Shown: piece by piece, positions 9,280 to 17,992 of the stretch | Numbering within the stretch: the first letter of the stretch is position 1 | Layout of the letters: each line of letters opens with the position of its first letter | Assembly (NCBI GenBank): GCA_965250045.1 | Contig: OZ252286.1 | Coordinates: 2,870,317-2,934,316, forward strand | Length of the DNA: 64,000 nt | Direction: 5' to 3' | Origin: Candidatus Marinacidobacterium sp. | Lineage (GTDB): Bacteria; Acidobacteriota; Vicinamibacteria; Marinacidobacterales; Marinacidobacteraceae | The notes under the pieces: model-generated | Told to the model about the DNA's origin: nothing | The model's input: the letters and a program-made list of their open reading frames with translations, nothing else | Database searches by the model: none | Position numbers and translations under genes: made by a program

Positions 9280-10428
9280 GTGCGGTTTCTTTCGACATAC
9301 CTCGGGCAGACCGGAGCGTCCCGCGCCCGTCGGCCGCGACCCCGGCTCTATCGCTGCTTCAAGCCGACGGCCGCCGGGGCGGCGCTGGCGCTCCTGGGCG
9401 TTCTGCTTCCCGGCGGAGAGGCGCTTGGGTACCGGTTTTTCTGGCGAACCGCCGACGATCCCGCTGTCCCGATCGCGGCCGAAGGGTTGCGTTGGGACCC
9501 GGCAATTTGGGGTCCGGGGAGAACACTTCGGTGGGTCATCGCCGATTCCCCGGGATGGACGGAGCCGTGGGAGTACCGAGGGGAAACCCAGGAACCCCCG
9601 TTCGGAAGCCGGGAGGAAGTGCTCCCGTTCGTCCGCAAGGCGCTTGACGCCTGGTCTTCGCTCGCCAGCGCCGACATCGAATGGGCCGTTGCCGGTCTGG
9701 GCGGGGAACACCACGCGGAGCGCGACCACGTCAACGCCGTCCGCATGCACCCGCTGGGCCTTCGCGCGTCCTATGTCGACATCTGGGAGGTGAACGGCGA
9801 AATGGTGGAGTGCGACGTGTCTCTGACTCCCGTGCACACCGAGGAGCCGGACGGGCGCGGACTCGAGGTGCTGATACACGAGTTGGGCCACTGCATCGGC
9901 CTCGCCCATTCCGCGATGTTCCCGACCTGGGACACCTGGCCCTATCGGTACGGTTTCCAACCAGCGCTCTGGGACACGGATCCGGTCATGTCCTACGGAT
10001 ACCTGCCGGAGCCGGGACTGACTGCGGACGATGTCGCGGGGGCTTCCCTGCTCCGGCCGTCCCGCGGCTGGTTGGACCGGGTAGGGAGCATCACCGGTCG
10101 AGTGACCATGGCCGGCCGAGCCGCCCGCTACGTTCCGGTTTTTGCGATGCAGATTTCGGGCGAAGAGCTCGTCGCCTCCGCGGGAGCGTTCACGAACGGC
10201 GAGGGGTCCTTCGCGATCGAGGGATTGCCCCCCGGCGACTACCTGCTGGCCGCCGGCACCATGGGTGACATCAGCGGAAACACCTCGCTCGTGGACCGCG
10301 GCGCCACCCTCGGATCGACCGATCAGTACCGGCTGGATCCGGTGCGGGTGGCCGCCGGAGCGGAAACCGCAGTTCCACCGATTCCGTTGCGCGACGGGCG
10401 GGAAGCATCTCCGTGGAGGAACGAATGA
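9280..10428 (+). CDS. Secreted zinc metalloprotease (metzincin, HEXXHXXGXXH) with C-terminal beta-sandwich domain
   Basis: 'VLIHELGHCIGLAHS' zinc-binding motif; hydrophobic signal AAGAALALLGVLLPG. Start (GTG 9280) is uncertain; the upstream ORF extension overlaps genes on the other strand. Confidence 0.6.
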   Translation: MRFLSTYLGQTGASRARRPRPRLYRCFKPTAAGAALALLGVLLPGGEALGYRFFWRTADDPAVPIAAEGLRWDPAIWGPGRTLRWVIADSPGWTEPWEYRGETQEPPFGSREEVLPFVRKALDAWSSLASADIEWAVAGLGGEHHAERDHVNAVRMHPLGLRASYVDIWEVNGEMVECDVSLTPVHTEEPDGRGLEVLIHELGHCIGLAHSAMFPTWDTWPYRYGFQPALWDTDPVMSYGYLPEPGLTADDVAGASLLRPSRGWLDRVGSITGRVTMAGRAARYVPVFAMQISGEELVASAGAFTNGEGSFAIEGLPPGDYLLAAGTMGDISGNTSLVDRGATLGSTDQYRLDPVRVAAGAETAVPPIPLRDGREASPWRNE

Positions 10429-11273
10429 CCCGGCGGGTATTGCTCGCGGCCGCCGCGGCGACCGCGCTCGGATTGTTCGCGTGCGGCGGGGATGACAGCG
10501 CCGGTCCCACTGCGCCACCAGCGCCCGCCCCGCCCCCGCCGCCCGCGTTCGCCGTTTCTTTCGCGGAGGAGGAGCTTCAGGTCCGCGAAGGGGAGACCCT
10601 CGCCGTCAGTGTGCACTTTGAGGTCCGCGAACTCACCGCTCCGGTGCAGGTCCGGCTCAGCCCCGCCCACGACAGCGCCTCGGAAGCCGACTACGAGCTC
10701 TCGGCAGAGAGCGTCTCCGTTCCCGCGGGGCAGGACCTGGCGGGGGACACGGTCATTGAACTCGCCGCTCTCGCCGACCTCCTCTTCACCGAAGGCGCCG
10801 AAAACCTGCTGCTGAGTTTCGCCCCGCCTGCCGGGCCGGCGATTCTCGGGGACCCGGTCGAAATTGCGATCATCGAGACCGGTGCGTCGCCCTGCCCGGG
10901 GGTGACGCTCAGCGGGTTGCCGTGGAGCGAGCAGGAATCGTCCGAGGAGGATGTTCCGAACATGCTCGCAACCACGCTGAGTATCGAACTCGGGCCCGGC
11001 GCCGCCGGAACGCGAGTGGATCTCCTGGGCCCCTACGTCGACCTTGGCACCTACGGCCGGATCGCGGAGTCCGTGTCGGCGTTCGGCATCAATCGGTGGA
11101 GCCTGCGCACCCGGCCGGGCTTCCTCGTCCACGAACTCGACGTCAATTGGTCCGGGGAGGGCTGGTTCGAGGAAGAAGCGGACGAGCGGCTGGAACTGGG
11201 TTTTGCGGGCGGCGCCTGTTCCGGGCAGCCGGTCGCTTCCTGCACCAGCAACGGCTGCGAGGTCGTCCCGTAG
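10425..11273 (+). CDS. Lipoprotein with Calx-beta-like domain
   Basis: ATGA overlap with the protease stop; lipobox ALGLFACGG; proline-rich linker followed by Calx-beta-like repeats. Confidence 0.5.
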   Translation: MTRRVLLAAAAATALGLFACGGDDSAGPTAPPAPAPPPPPAFAVSFAEEELQVREGETLAVSVHFEVRELTAPVQVRLSPAHDSASEADYELSAESVSVPAGQDLAGDTVIELAALADLLFTEGAENLLLSFAPPAGPAILGDPVEIAIIETGASPCPGVTLSGLPWSEQESSEEDVPNMLATTLSIELGPGAAGTRVDLLGPYVDLGTYGRIAESVSAFGINRWSLRTRPGFLVHELDVNWSGEGWFEEEADERLELGFAGGACSGQPVASCTSNGCEVVP

Positions 11274-11292
11274 CCGTTCCACGCAAGACGGG

Positions 11293-12717
11293 TCAGATCG
11301 GCGGCAGCTCCTCGTGCCAGGCGGTGCGCTCCTGGTAGGCGTGGGCCACCTGGAGTAGCCGAGCCTCGGCGAAGGGCGGCCCGTAGATCTGGAGGGCCAG
11401 CGGCCGCGCCGGAGCCTCGGCGGAGAACCCGCAACCCATCGTGAGGCCGGGGTATCCGGTCATATTGCCGATAAAGGTGTTTCCAGGACGGCTGGTCACT
11501 TCGTCGGGGTTGGCGCCGGCGCGGACGTCGCTCCGTGCCGCTTCCTCCGAACGCAGCGGATCTGCAGGGGAGAAGGAGCTCGGCACGATCATCACATCGC
11601 ACTGTCGAAAGACCTCGGCCATCTCCTGTTGCAGGATGGTCCGTACCCGGAGCGCCTTGATGTAGTCGGTAGCCGGATAGAACTTGGCAACCTCCAGGCG
11701 TTCGCGCACCAACGGATCAAGGTCCTCGGGCTGCTCGGCGAGACGTTTTTCGTGGAACGTCGCCGCCTCCGCCATCGCGACGATCCAGCCGGCGCTTCCC
11801 GCCAGCTGGGCGTGCGGCACCGAAACCTCCACCGTTTCCGCGCCGTCGGCGCTGAGAAGTCCGATCGCGGTGTGGACGGCCTCCTGGACCTCTTCGGTGG
11901 CCGCCTCGACGAACCCGGAAACCGGAACCCCGATCCGAAGCCCGGCCACCTCCGGAGTAAGCGCCGCGAGGTAGTCCGGAACCGGCTCGTTCGCCGCCGT
12001 GGGGTCGCGGGGATCGGGACCCGCGATGGCCCCGAGCATCGCCGCAGCGTCCCACGCGGTCCGGGTCATGGGCCCGGCATGGTCCAGGGTCCAACTCAGG
12101 GTGGTGACCCCGAAGCGGCTGATGCGGCCGTAGGTCTGCTTGAGGCCGACGATGCCGCAGGCGGCTGCCGGCCCGCGGATCGAGCCGCCGGTGTCGGTAC
12201 CGATCGAGAGAGGCACCTGCCGGGCCGCGAGCGCCGCTCCGGAACCGGAAGAGGAGCCGGAGGGCGTGTAGTCGGTGGCCCAGGGGTTACGGGCCGGGCC
12301 GAATCCGGAGAGCACCCCACTTCCCATCGCGAACTCAAGGAGGTTGAGCTTGCCGACCAGAATGGCCCCGGCGTCATTCAGCCTTGCGGTGATCGTGGAT
12401 TCGTAGTCCGGCACCCAATCCGCGGTGGCCTTCGAACCGTTCGTGGTCAGGATGCCGGCCGTTGCCAGGATGTCCTTCGGGGCATATGGAATCCCGTGTA
12501 AGGGACCCCGCCACCTGCCGGCGGCGATCTCCGTCTCCGCTTCGCGGGCCCGTTCCCGGGCGTGGTCGCCGGTAACGGTGATGAAGGAGTTGATGGCGGG
12601 ATCCGTCGCCTCGATGTGGGCGAGGTGGGCATCCACCACTTCGACGGGTGAAAGCTCCTGGCGGCGGATGCGCTCCGAGAGCGCGCGGGCGCTGAGACGG
12701 CAGAGTTCAGGGATCAT
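11293..12717 (-). CDS. Amidase (amidase-signature family, GatA-like)
   Basis: Amidase-signature region GGSSSGSGAALAARQVPLSIGTDTGGSIRGPAAACGIVGLKQTYGRIS. Confidence 0.8.
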   Translation of the reverse strand: MIPELCRLSARALSERIRRQELSPVEVVDAHLAHIEATDPAINSFITVTGDHARERAREAETEIAAGRWRGPLHGIPYAPKDILATAGILTTNGSKATADWVPDYESTITARLNDAGAILVGKLNLLEFAMGSGVLSGFGPARNPWATDYTPSGSSSGSGAALAARQVPLSIGTDTGGSIRGPAAACGIVGLKQTYGRISRFGVTTLSWTLDHAGPMTRTAWDAAAMLGAIAGPDPRDPTAANEPVPDYLAALTPEVAGLRIGVPVSGFVEAATEEVQEAVHTAIGLLSADGAETVEVSVPHAQLAGSAGWIVAMAEAATFHEKRLAEQPEDLDPLVRERLEVAKFYPATDYIKALRVRTILQQEMAEVFRQCDVMIVPSSFSPADPLRSEEAARSDVRAGANPDEVTSRPGNTFIGNMTGYPGLTMGCGFSAEAPARPLALQIYGPPFAEARLLQVAHAYQERTAWHEELPPI

Positions 12718-13028
12718 TCTTCCTCCGGGCCGCGCGCCACGAACATCACGGACGGCTCGACCAGGTCCGGAATTTCGAGATCCCGGACCGCCCGGAAGAA
12801 CGCGCGGTTCATTCGTACCGCCGGGAGAATCGTTGAAAGACGCTCGAAGGGCAGGGGGTGATCGATCATGCTGTTCGCGTATTCGAGCGCCGTGACGGTG
12901 GGGCCGTCACCAGGTTCCGGTCCGGCTCCACAACCCGCCAGAAACAGCGGAGCGGCGACCGGAGCGGCCGCCGCGCTCCCGAGGAGGCGCCGGCGCGTGA
13001 TGGTCTTGGGCTTTGTCCGCTTGGTCAT
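12714..13028 (-). CDS. Small Tat-signal lipoprotein, hypothetical
   Basis: RRRLLGSAAAAPVAAPLFLAGCGAG (twin-arginine signal plus lipobox); 4-nt overlap with the amidase start. Confidence 0.45.
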   Translation of the reverse strand: MTKRTKPKTITRRRLLGSAAAAPVAAPLFLAGCGAGPEPGDGPTVTALEYANSMIDHPLPFERLSTILPAVRMNRAFFRAVRDLEIPDLVEPSVMFVARGPEEE

Positions 13029-13107
13029 GGCTGTTGACCTCCCGCTGGCAGTGGGTTTCGCATTCTATCGGCGGCTCGGAACGAATCTCTCCGCGGGCAC
13101 CGTGACG

Positions 13108-13200
13108 CCTGCAGGCGGTGCACAAAGTCACGCCGCCCAGTTCTCCCGGTGGAGTCCCGAGCGGAGCGGGGTCGTGAGCGCTCCGGAACCCGGTACCACG
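13108..13200. repeat. Truncated MITE copy (one terminus only)
   Basis: 'gcaggcggtgcacaaagtcacgccgcccagttctcccggtgg' matches the MITE terminus and internal 'ccaccgggagaactgg' module. Confidence 0.5.
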
Positions 13201-13243
13201 GGTAGGAAGGAAGTCACTGCCGGTCGGGGTATCCTTATGCCCC

Positions 13244-13969
13244 GTGCTGCTTCGAGAGGCGGATCGGACCGCGGTCCGGGAACATTTCGAGGCCCTCGCC
13301 GGGCTCGTCACTGCGACTCTTTATTCCCGGCAAGACAGCCCGCCGGCCGTGCCCGGTCGCACGCCCTGTCCGACCTGCGCCACCACCGAAGCCTTGCTGC
13401 GGGAGGTCGAAGCGCTGTCGGACAAACTCACCGTCGACGTACGGGACGTGGATGAAGCGCCGGATGCGGCCCGGAATGCCGGGATCGCCCGCCTTCCGGC
13501 GATCGAGCTGACCGGCGTGGCAAAGGGAAGAGTCCGCTTCGTGGGCCTGCCCGATGGCCACGAATTCGGGTCGTTAATCCGTGCAGCCGGGTGGGTCTCC
13601 GGAGCACCGCTGACTCTCTCCGCGGAAACCACGGAGCAGTTGTCGGCACTTCGCCGGCCTCTACACGTCAAGGTCTTCACCACCCCTACGTGACCTTGGT
13701 GTGCGCCGGCGGCCAGTCTGGCCGTCCAGTTCGCGGTCATTAGCCCCGAGGTGACCACCGACATCGTCATGGTTCAGGAATTTCCCGATCTGGCGCGGAC
13801 CTACGCGGTGGCTTCGGTGCCGCTGACCGTGGTCGAACCGCTGGAAGACGGCGCCGGATTGGTCGGGCAGGGGACTTCGGTGCTGGGCGCGCGAGGAGAG
13901 GAGGTCTTCCTCTCGGCAGTCGCTGAGGTGGGGGAGATCGGGAATTCGAATCAGGATCCGGGATCGTGA
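13244..13969 (+). CDS. Glutaredoxin-like protein-disulfide oxidoreductase (PDO family, two thioredoxin folds) with in-frame TGA 13691-13693 at the second CxxC; predicted selenoprotein (U-P-W-C)
   Basis: ORFs 13244-13693 and 13751-13969 are in the same frame and separated only by TGA. The protein aligns to the PDO pattern ...RFVGLPDGHEFGSLI...VKVFTTPT-[TGA]-PWCAPAASLAVQFAV...VMVQEFPDLARTYAVASVP, with the TGA exactly where the first Cys of CPxC lies. The first domain has an ordinary CPTC. A hairpin lies 15 nt downstream. Confidence 0.6.
13708..13726 (+). promoter_or_regulatory. Candidate bacterial SECIS hairpin downstream of UGA 13691
   Basis: GGCGGCC-AGUCU-GGCCGUC: 7-bp stem (one G-U pair), 5-nt loop containing GU, starting 15 nt after the UGA. 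Confidence 0.4.
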
Positions 13970-15471
13970 GCATTCATCGTCCTCGGTATCCCCGAGCCGA
14001 CTGGCGCCTCGACCGGCGCCGGGCGCTGCGCATTCTCTCTGGAGGAGCGGCGCTCGCCATTGGGGCTCCGGCCCTCGGAGGAGAAACGGCCCCACCCTTC
14101 TCCGAGGACGCGCTTGCCGACCTCAGCCGCCGACTCCACGCGGTTCGGAGGCGATTCGGTCTGCGCCGGGCCATCGGCATTCACGTGGAGGACCTCGAGA
14201 CCGGCGCACCGCTCTTCAGCCACAACGCGGACCGAACCTACGTGCCGGCCTCCGGGATGAAGCTGCCCATCATGGCGGCCTGCCTTCACTATCTGGGGCC
14301 TAGCTACCGCTTTCCGACGCGCCTTCTGGTGGACGCACCGCCGACCGAGACCGGGGTTATCGAAGGTCCGGTCTACGTTGTGGGTTCCGGCGACCCCAGC
14401 CTGAATCGGCACGACATGGACTTCATCGCGGACTCCCTGGCGGCGTTCGGGATTACCCAAGTCCGTGGGGACATCGTTCTGGACGACTCGTTTTTCGAAG
14501 CCCAGGAGACCGATCAGGCCCTGGTGAAGCGCCGGCTCCGATACAAGGAGCCCATTCAGAGCGCTCTCGGCTATCACTGGAACCAGGTCGAGGTGGCGGG
14601 GGTCCCGGGACAGGCCGACCGGCCCGACGTGCGCGATGAAGGGTATGGCTATTACACCGTCCAGAACCAGATGGTGCTCCGCAATTCCGGACGGCCCTAC
14701 ATCCTGGCCCAGCGCCGGGGAACGCGCCGGATCCGTCTGCAGGGACGAATCCTCAGAAACGGCAATGAGCGCGTCGCGCGTTTCACCGCTACCGAACCGA
14801 CCCTCTATTTCGGGTACGCCCTCAAGGGCAAACTCGTCGAGCGCGGAGTCTTGGTAGCCGGGGAACCACGGCGCGGTGCGATTCCGGCGTCGGGGGACAA
14901 ACTCCTTCTCTACCGAAACGAATCCGCCCCGCTGACCCAGGTCCTGGAGGCGCTCGGCAAATACAGCAACAACTGGTCCGCCGAGCAATTGCTCTTCGCC
15001 GTCGGCGCCCATCGATGGGGGCCTCCCGGGACCGGTGAGAAGGGGATTCGAGCCACCGAGGAGTACCTGGTGGGTCTCGGTTTCCCCGCCGACACGTTCA
15101 CGGTCGACGACGGCTCGGGGCTCTCGAGAAAGAACCGCGTGAGCGCCCGCCTCCTCGTTGCGGTTGTCCGCGACCTGTACAGCCAGCCGGAACTCCGGAC
15201 CGACTTCCTGTGCTCACTCGCCGTTTCCGGAGTGGACGGCACCCTCGCCCGCCGCCTCTGGGGAGAAGAAACCCTCGGCCGGGTGATGGCCAAGACGGGA
15301 ACGCTGAGCGGCGTCAGTTCGCTCTCGGGCGTAGCCTTCCCGCTGGCAGCCGAGAACCGGGCGCTCGGTTTTTCGGTGATGACGAACGGCATCCGCAACT
15401 CGTGGAATGGCGACGCGGTCGAAAACCTGATCGCCGCCGAGCTGGTCCGGTGGGACGGCGTTTCCACCTGA
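13966..15471 (+). CDS. dacB: D-alanyl-D-alanine carboxypeptidase/endopeptidase (PBP4, peptidase S13)
   Basis: ATGA overlap with the upstream gene; Tat-like signal RRRALRILSGGAALAIGAPA; S13 motifs (SGMKLP, GSGDPSL, KTGTLSGVSSLSG). Confidence 0.8.
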   Translation: MSIHRPRYPRADWRLDRRRALRILSGGAALAIGAPALGGETAPPFSEDALADLSRRLHAVRRRFGLRRAIGIHVEDLETGAPLFSHNADRTYVPASGMKLPIMAACLHYLGPSYRFPTRLLVDAPPTETGVIEGPVYVVGSGDPSLNRHDMDFIADSLAAFGITQVRGDIVLDDSFFEAQETDQALVKRRLRYKEPIQSALGYHWNQVEVAGVPGQADRPDVRDEGYGYYTVQNQMVLRNSGRPYILAQRRGTRRIRLQGRILRNGNERVARFTATEPTLYFGYALKGKLVERGVLVAGEPRRGAIPASGDKLLLYRNESAPLTQVLEALGKYSNNWSAEQLLFAVGAHRWGPPGTGEKGIRATEEYLVGLGFPADTFTVDDGSGLSRKNRVSARLLVAVVRDLYSQPELRTDFLCSLAVSGVDGTLARRLWGEETLGRVMAKTGTLSGVSSLSGVAFPLAAENRALGFSVMTNGIRNSWNGDAVENLIAAELVRWDGVST

Positions 15472-15492
15472 GTTGGCCCGGACGGGAGAGCG

Positions 15493-16590
15493 GTGAGGGG
15501 CGTCCCCGGACTCGATCCCCCGGAATACGTCGACTGGAGCGAGGATTCCGCACTCCTCCGTGAGTTCACGGCAGCGCTCCTGAACGACCCGGAGCGCGCT
15601 CCGATCGTGCGCAGCCTCGTCGAGTCGGTCCGGCTCCGGCTCTACGAAGGTCTCGTAAGGAACCGGCTACACGACCTTCAGCTGAAGCGCTGGGTCCGAT
15701 CCGGGGTGGTGTCCAAGGCGTGGCTCGGGCCGGGCGAAGAAGCCGTGACGGTGGGAGCTTGCCACGCGCTGGAGCCGGGCGACGTAGTCGGGCCCATGAT
15801 CCGGAACATAGGCGCCTGCCATGAACGCGGGATGAGTCTTGCTTCCATGTTCCGGGGGGCCCTCGGAACCGAGGACGGACCGGCGCGGGGCAGGGATCTG
15901 CACTTTGGAGACCTTTCGCGCGGCATCGTGGCGCCGATCAGCATGGTCGGTTCGCTGCTCCCGGTCTGCGCCGGCATGGCTCTCGCATTCCGGCTCCGGC
16001 GCGAGTCACGGGTCGCGCTGACCTGGGCGGGGGACGGCACAACCGGAACCGCGGCGTTCCACGAAGGTATGGTGTCGGCGGTCGCGCTCAAGGCTCCCCT
16101 GATCGTGGTCATCCAGAACAACCGGATCGCCCTGGGCACTCCGCTGGCGGATGGAGCTGACGAACGCCTCGCACGCCTCGGGGGCGGATACGGGATTTCC
16201 ACGTTGCGAGTGGATGGCAACAACGTGCTGGACGTTTTCGCGGCCACCGCGCTGGCCCGGAAGGAGGTCCTGCGGGATTCCCGGCCCGTGTTCGTGCTCG
16301 CTGACACCTTCCGGATGGGCGGCCACGCAACCCACGACGAGGGAGAAAGCCGGCGAATCCTGCCCGCCGAACTATTCGATCACTATGGGCGCCGCGATCC
16401 TCTCCGCACCTATCGAGCTTTTCTGCGGATGGGCGGGGCCGGGGGCGAACCCGTAGCCGAGTCCGTCCTGGAGGACATCGAGGCGCAGGTAGCGGCGGAA
16501 GTCGGGGTTGCCGAGCGCGAGGCGCTCTCCTCGCACCGGTCTGCGCGACCCGATCCCGCCGGGGCGGGGGAGGGAGTCTTCGCCCCCTGA
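15493..16590 (+). CDS. Thiamine-diphosphate-dependent 2-oxoacid dehydrogenase E1 component alpha subunit
   Basis: E1-alpha TPP-binding region (WAGDGTTGTAAFHEGMVSAVALKAPLIVVIQNNRIALGTP). No beta subunit gene is adjacent. Confidence 0.7.
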   Translation: MRGVPGLDPPEYVDWSEDSALLREFTAALLNDPERAPIVRSLVESVRLRLYEGLVRNRLHDLQLKRWVRSGVVSKAWLGPGEEAVTVGACHALEPGDVVGPMIRNIGACHERGMSLASMFRGALGTEDGPARGRDLHFGDLSRGIVAPISMVGSLLPVCAGMALAFRLRRESRVALTWAGDGTTGTAAFHEGMVSAVALKAPLIVVIQNNRIALGTPLADGADERLARLGGGYGISTLRVDGNNVLDVFAATALARKEVLRDSRPVFVLADTFRMGGHATHDEGESRRILPAELFDHYGRRDPLRTYRAFLRMGGAGGEPVAESVLEDIEAQVAAEVGVAEREALSSHRSARPDPAGAGEGVFAP

Positions 16591-16619
16591 CTTTCTAGAC
16601 TCTCTAACCTGGGAGGCTG

Positions 16620-17042
16620 TTAGAGCCGAATCTTGGCCGGGAAGTGGTTCAGCCCGAGGCGCGTCGCCGTGCGGTCCGTCTGGTCCACGATCGCGGCGGC
16701 GTTGATGCCGATCGCGATGACGATGGCTTCGCTGATCTCTTCCTTGGTGGCCCCGAGTTTGAGGGCCTTCTTCACATGACCGTCGAGGCATCCCTCGCAC
16801 TTGGCGATGAGCGAGCAGGCGAGGGCGATCAGCTCCTGGATCTTCGGATCCAGATGCTTGTTCTCCGAAAAATAGGTCTCTTTGTAGAACTGACCGTAGA
16901 TGGCCTTCATCCGCGGCTCGAGCATCGAATACGACGTCGGGGCCGAGCCATCCTGCTTTTGGTCCTTTTCCTGATCGCGCTGCCCCGGCTCGTGGTCGAT
17001 GCCGGGAATCCGCGCCTCGGGGGCCGCTACGTTGTCCGCCAT
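16620..17042 (-). CDS. Carboxymuconolactone decarboxylase family protein (AhpD-like, CxxC)
   Basis: 'ALACSLIAKCEGCLDGHVKKALKLGATKEEI' CMD/AhpD core. Start trimmed to the Met with an upstream GAGG. Confidence 0.65.
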   Translation of the reverse strand: MADNVAAPEARIPGIDHEPGQRDQEKDQKQDGSAPTSYSMLEPRMKAIYGQFYKETYFSENKHLDPKIQELIALACSLIAKCEGCLDGHVKKALKLGATKEEISEAIVIAIGINAAAIVDQTDRTATRLGLNHFPAKIRL

Positions 17043-17196
17043 GCCGAATGTTGCCTCGTGCCCGCCGCTTTTGGCCGGGACTTCGTCTCGGGGGACGGCG
17101 GGTGGGACGGCCACTTGTCTGGCGCCGCCCGCTCAGCGCGTCGAAAAGGGAGTAACCGGTGAAGGTTAGCATCAGGGAAACGATGCAGACCTTCCG

Positions 17197-17663
17197 ATGT
17201 TCCGTGGCTCTGGCCGATGTTCCGTAGCTCTGGCGGTTCCGCTCGACGCGGTCTTCCGGTTCTTTTCGGATGCCGGAAACCTGGAAGGCCTCACCCCGCC
17301 CTGGCTCCGTTTCCGGGTCGTCGAAGGAGACGTCCCGATGTTCCGCGGCCGGCGGATCGACTATCGGCTGCGGCTTCGCGGTCTGCCGCTCCGGTGGCAC
17401 AGCGAAATCACTGCGTGGGATCCCCGCATCGCTTTGTTGACGAGCAGGTAGTTGGCCCCTACCGGCGCTGGATTCATGAACACCGGTTCGAGGCCCGCGA
17501 GCGGCCGGGCAGGGGCCCGGTGGTGATCGCGAGCGATGAAGTGCAATACCAGGCCCCGGGTGGACGGCTCGTGAACCGGTTTCTGGTTGCGCCTGACCTG
17601 AAACGCATCTTCGCCTACCGCACGAAAAGGCTGAAGGAGCGGTTCGCAACGCCGGACGACTGA
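17197..17663 (+). pseudogene. SRPBCC-family (polyketide cyclase/dehydrase-like) gene with -1 frameshift in a C4 run near 17425
   Basis: Two overlapping ORFs in different frames together give an SRPBCC protein (...LRWHSEITAWDP | PHRFVDEQVVGPYRRWIHEHRFE...). Adding one C to 'gatccccgc' restores the frame. Confidence 0.5.
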
Positions 17664-17699
17664 CGGCTCTCGTGGAGTCGGCGGTCGGGAGGCCTGCCC

Positions 17700-17992
17700 G
17701 GACACCGCGGACGCGCTTATCGGCCAGGGTGCCGTGAGTGCCTTGAGAATTGGTGCTGTTCGCCGCCTGCGGCGGCGAGTGCCGGTCTGAATACCAGGTC
17801 TGAAGACCGGCGTTCCCAAGCCACGCCAGCGGCTTCGGATAGGCACCGCACCCTTATCGGACGTCGCAAAGGGCCGGCGCGCTTCCGGATTGAGGCTCAA
17901 TCCTTATCGAAAGTCGCCTTCGCGACAAACCGGGGCGCGCCTATCGGATGCCGCGAAGCGGCTTCGGATAGGCACCGCACCCTTATCGGACG
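17700..17992. repeat. Tandem array of ~125-bp repeat units (left part, interrupted by IS insertion)
   Basis: Units of form 'ggcttcggataggcaccgcacccttatcggacgtcgcRaaggg...atccttatcgaaagtcgccttcgcgac...tatcggatgccgcg', with YTTATCGGAYG sub-repeats every ~30 bp. The array continues at 32111. Confidence 0.7.

Noticed and set aside
12868-13455. 195-aa plus ORF bridging the Tat lipoprotein and the Sec-PDO start
   Set aside because: Overlaps a MITE fragment and the real N-terminus of the PDO gene in another frame; low-complexity.
16372-17649. 425-aa minus ORF spanning the AhpD-like gene and SRPBCC pseudogene
   Set aside because: Arg/Pro-rich, no recognisable domain; overlaps two better-supported genes.
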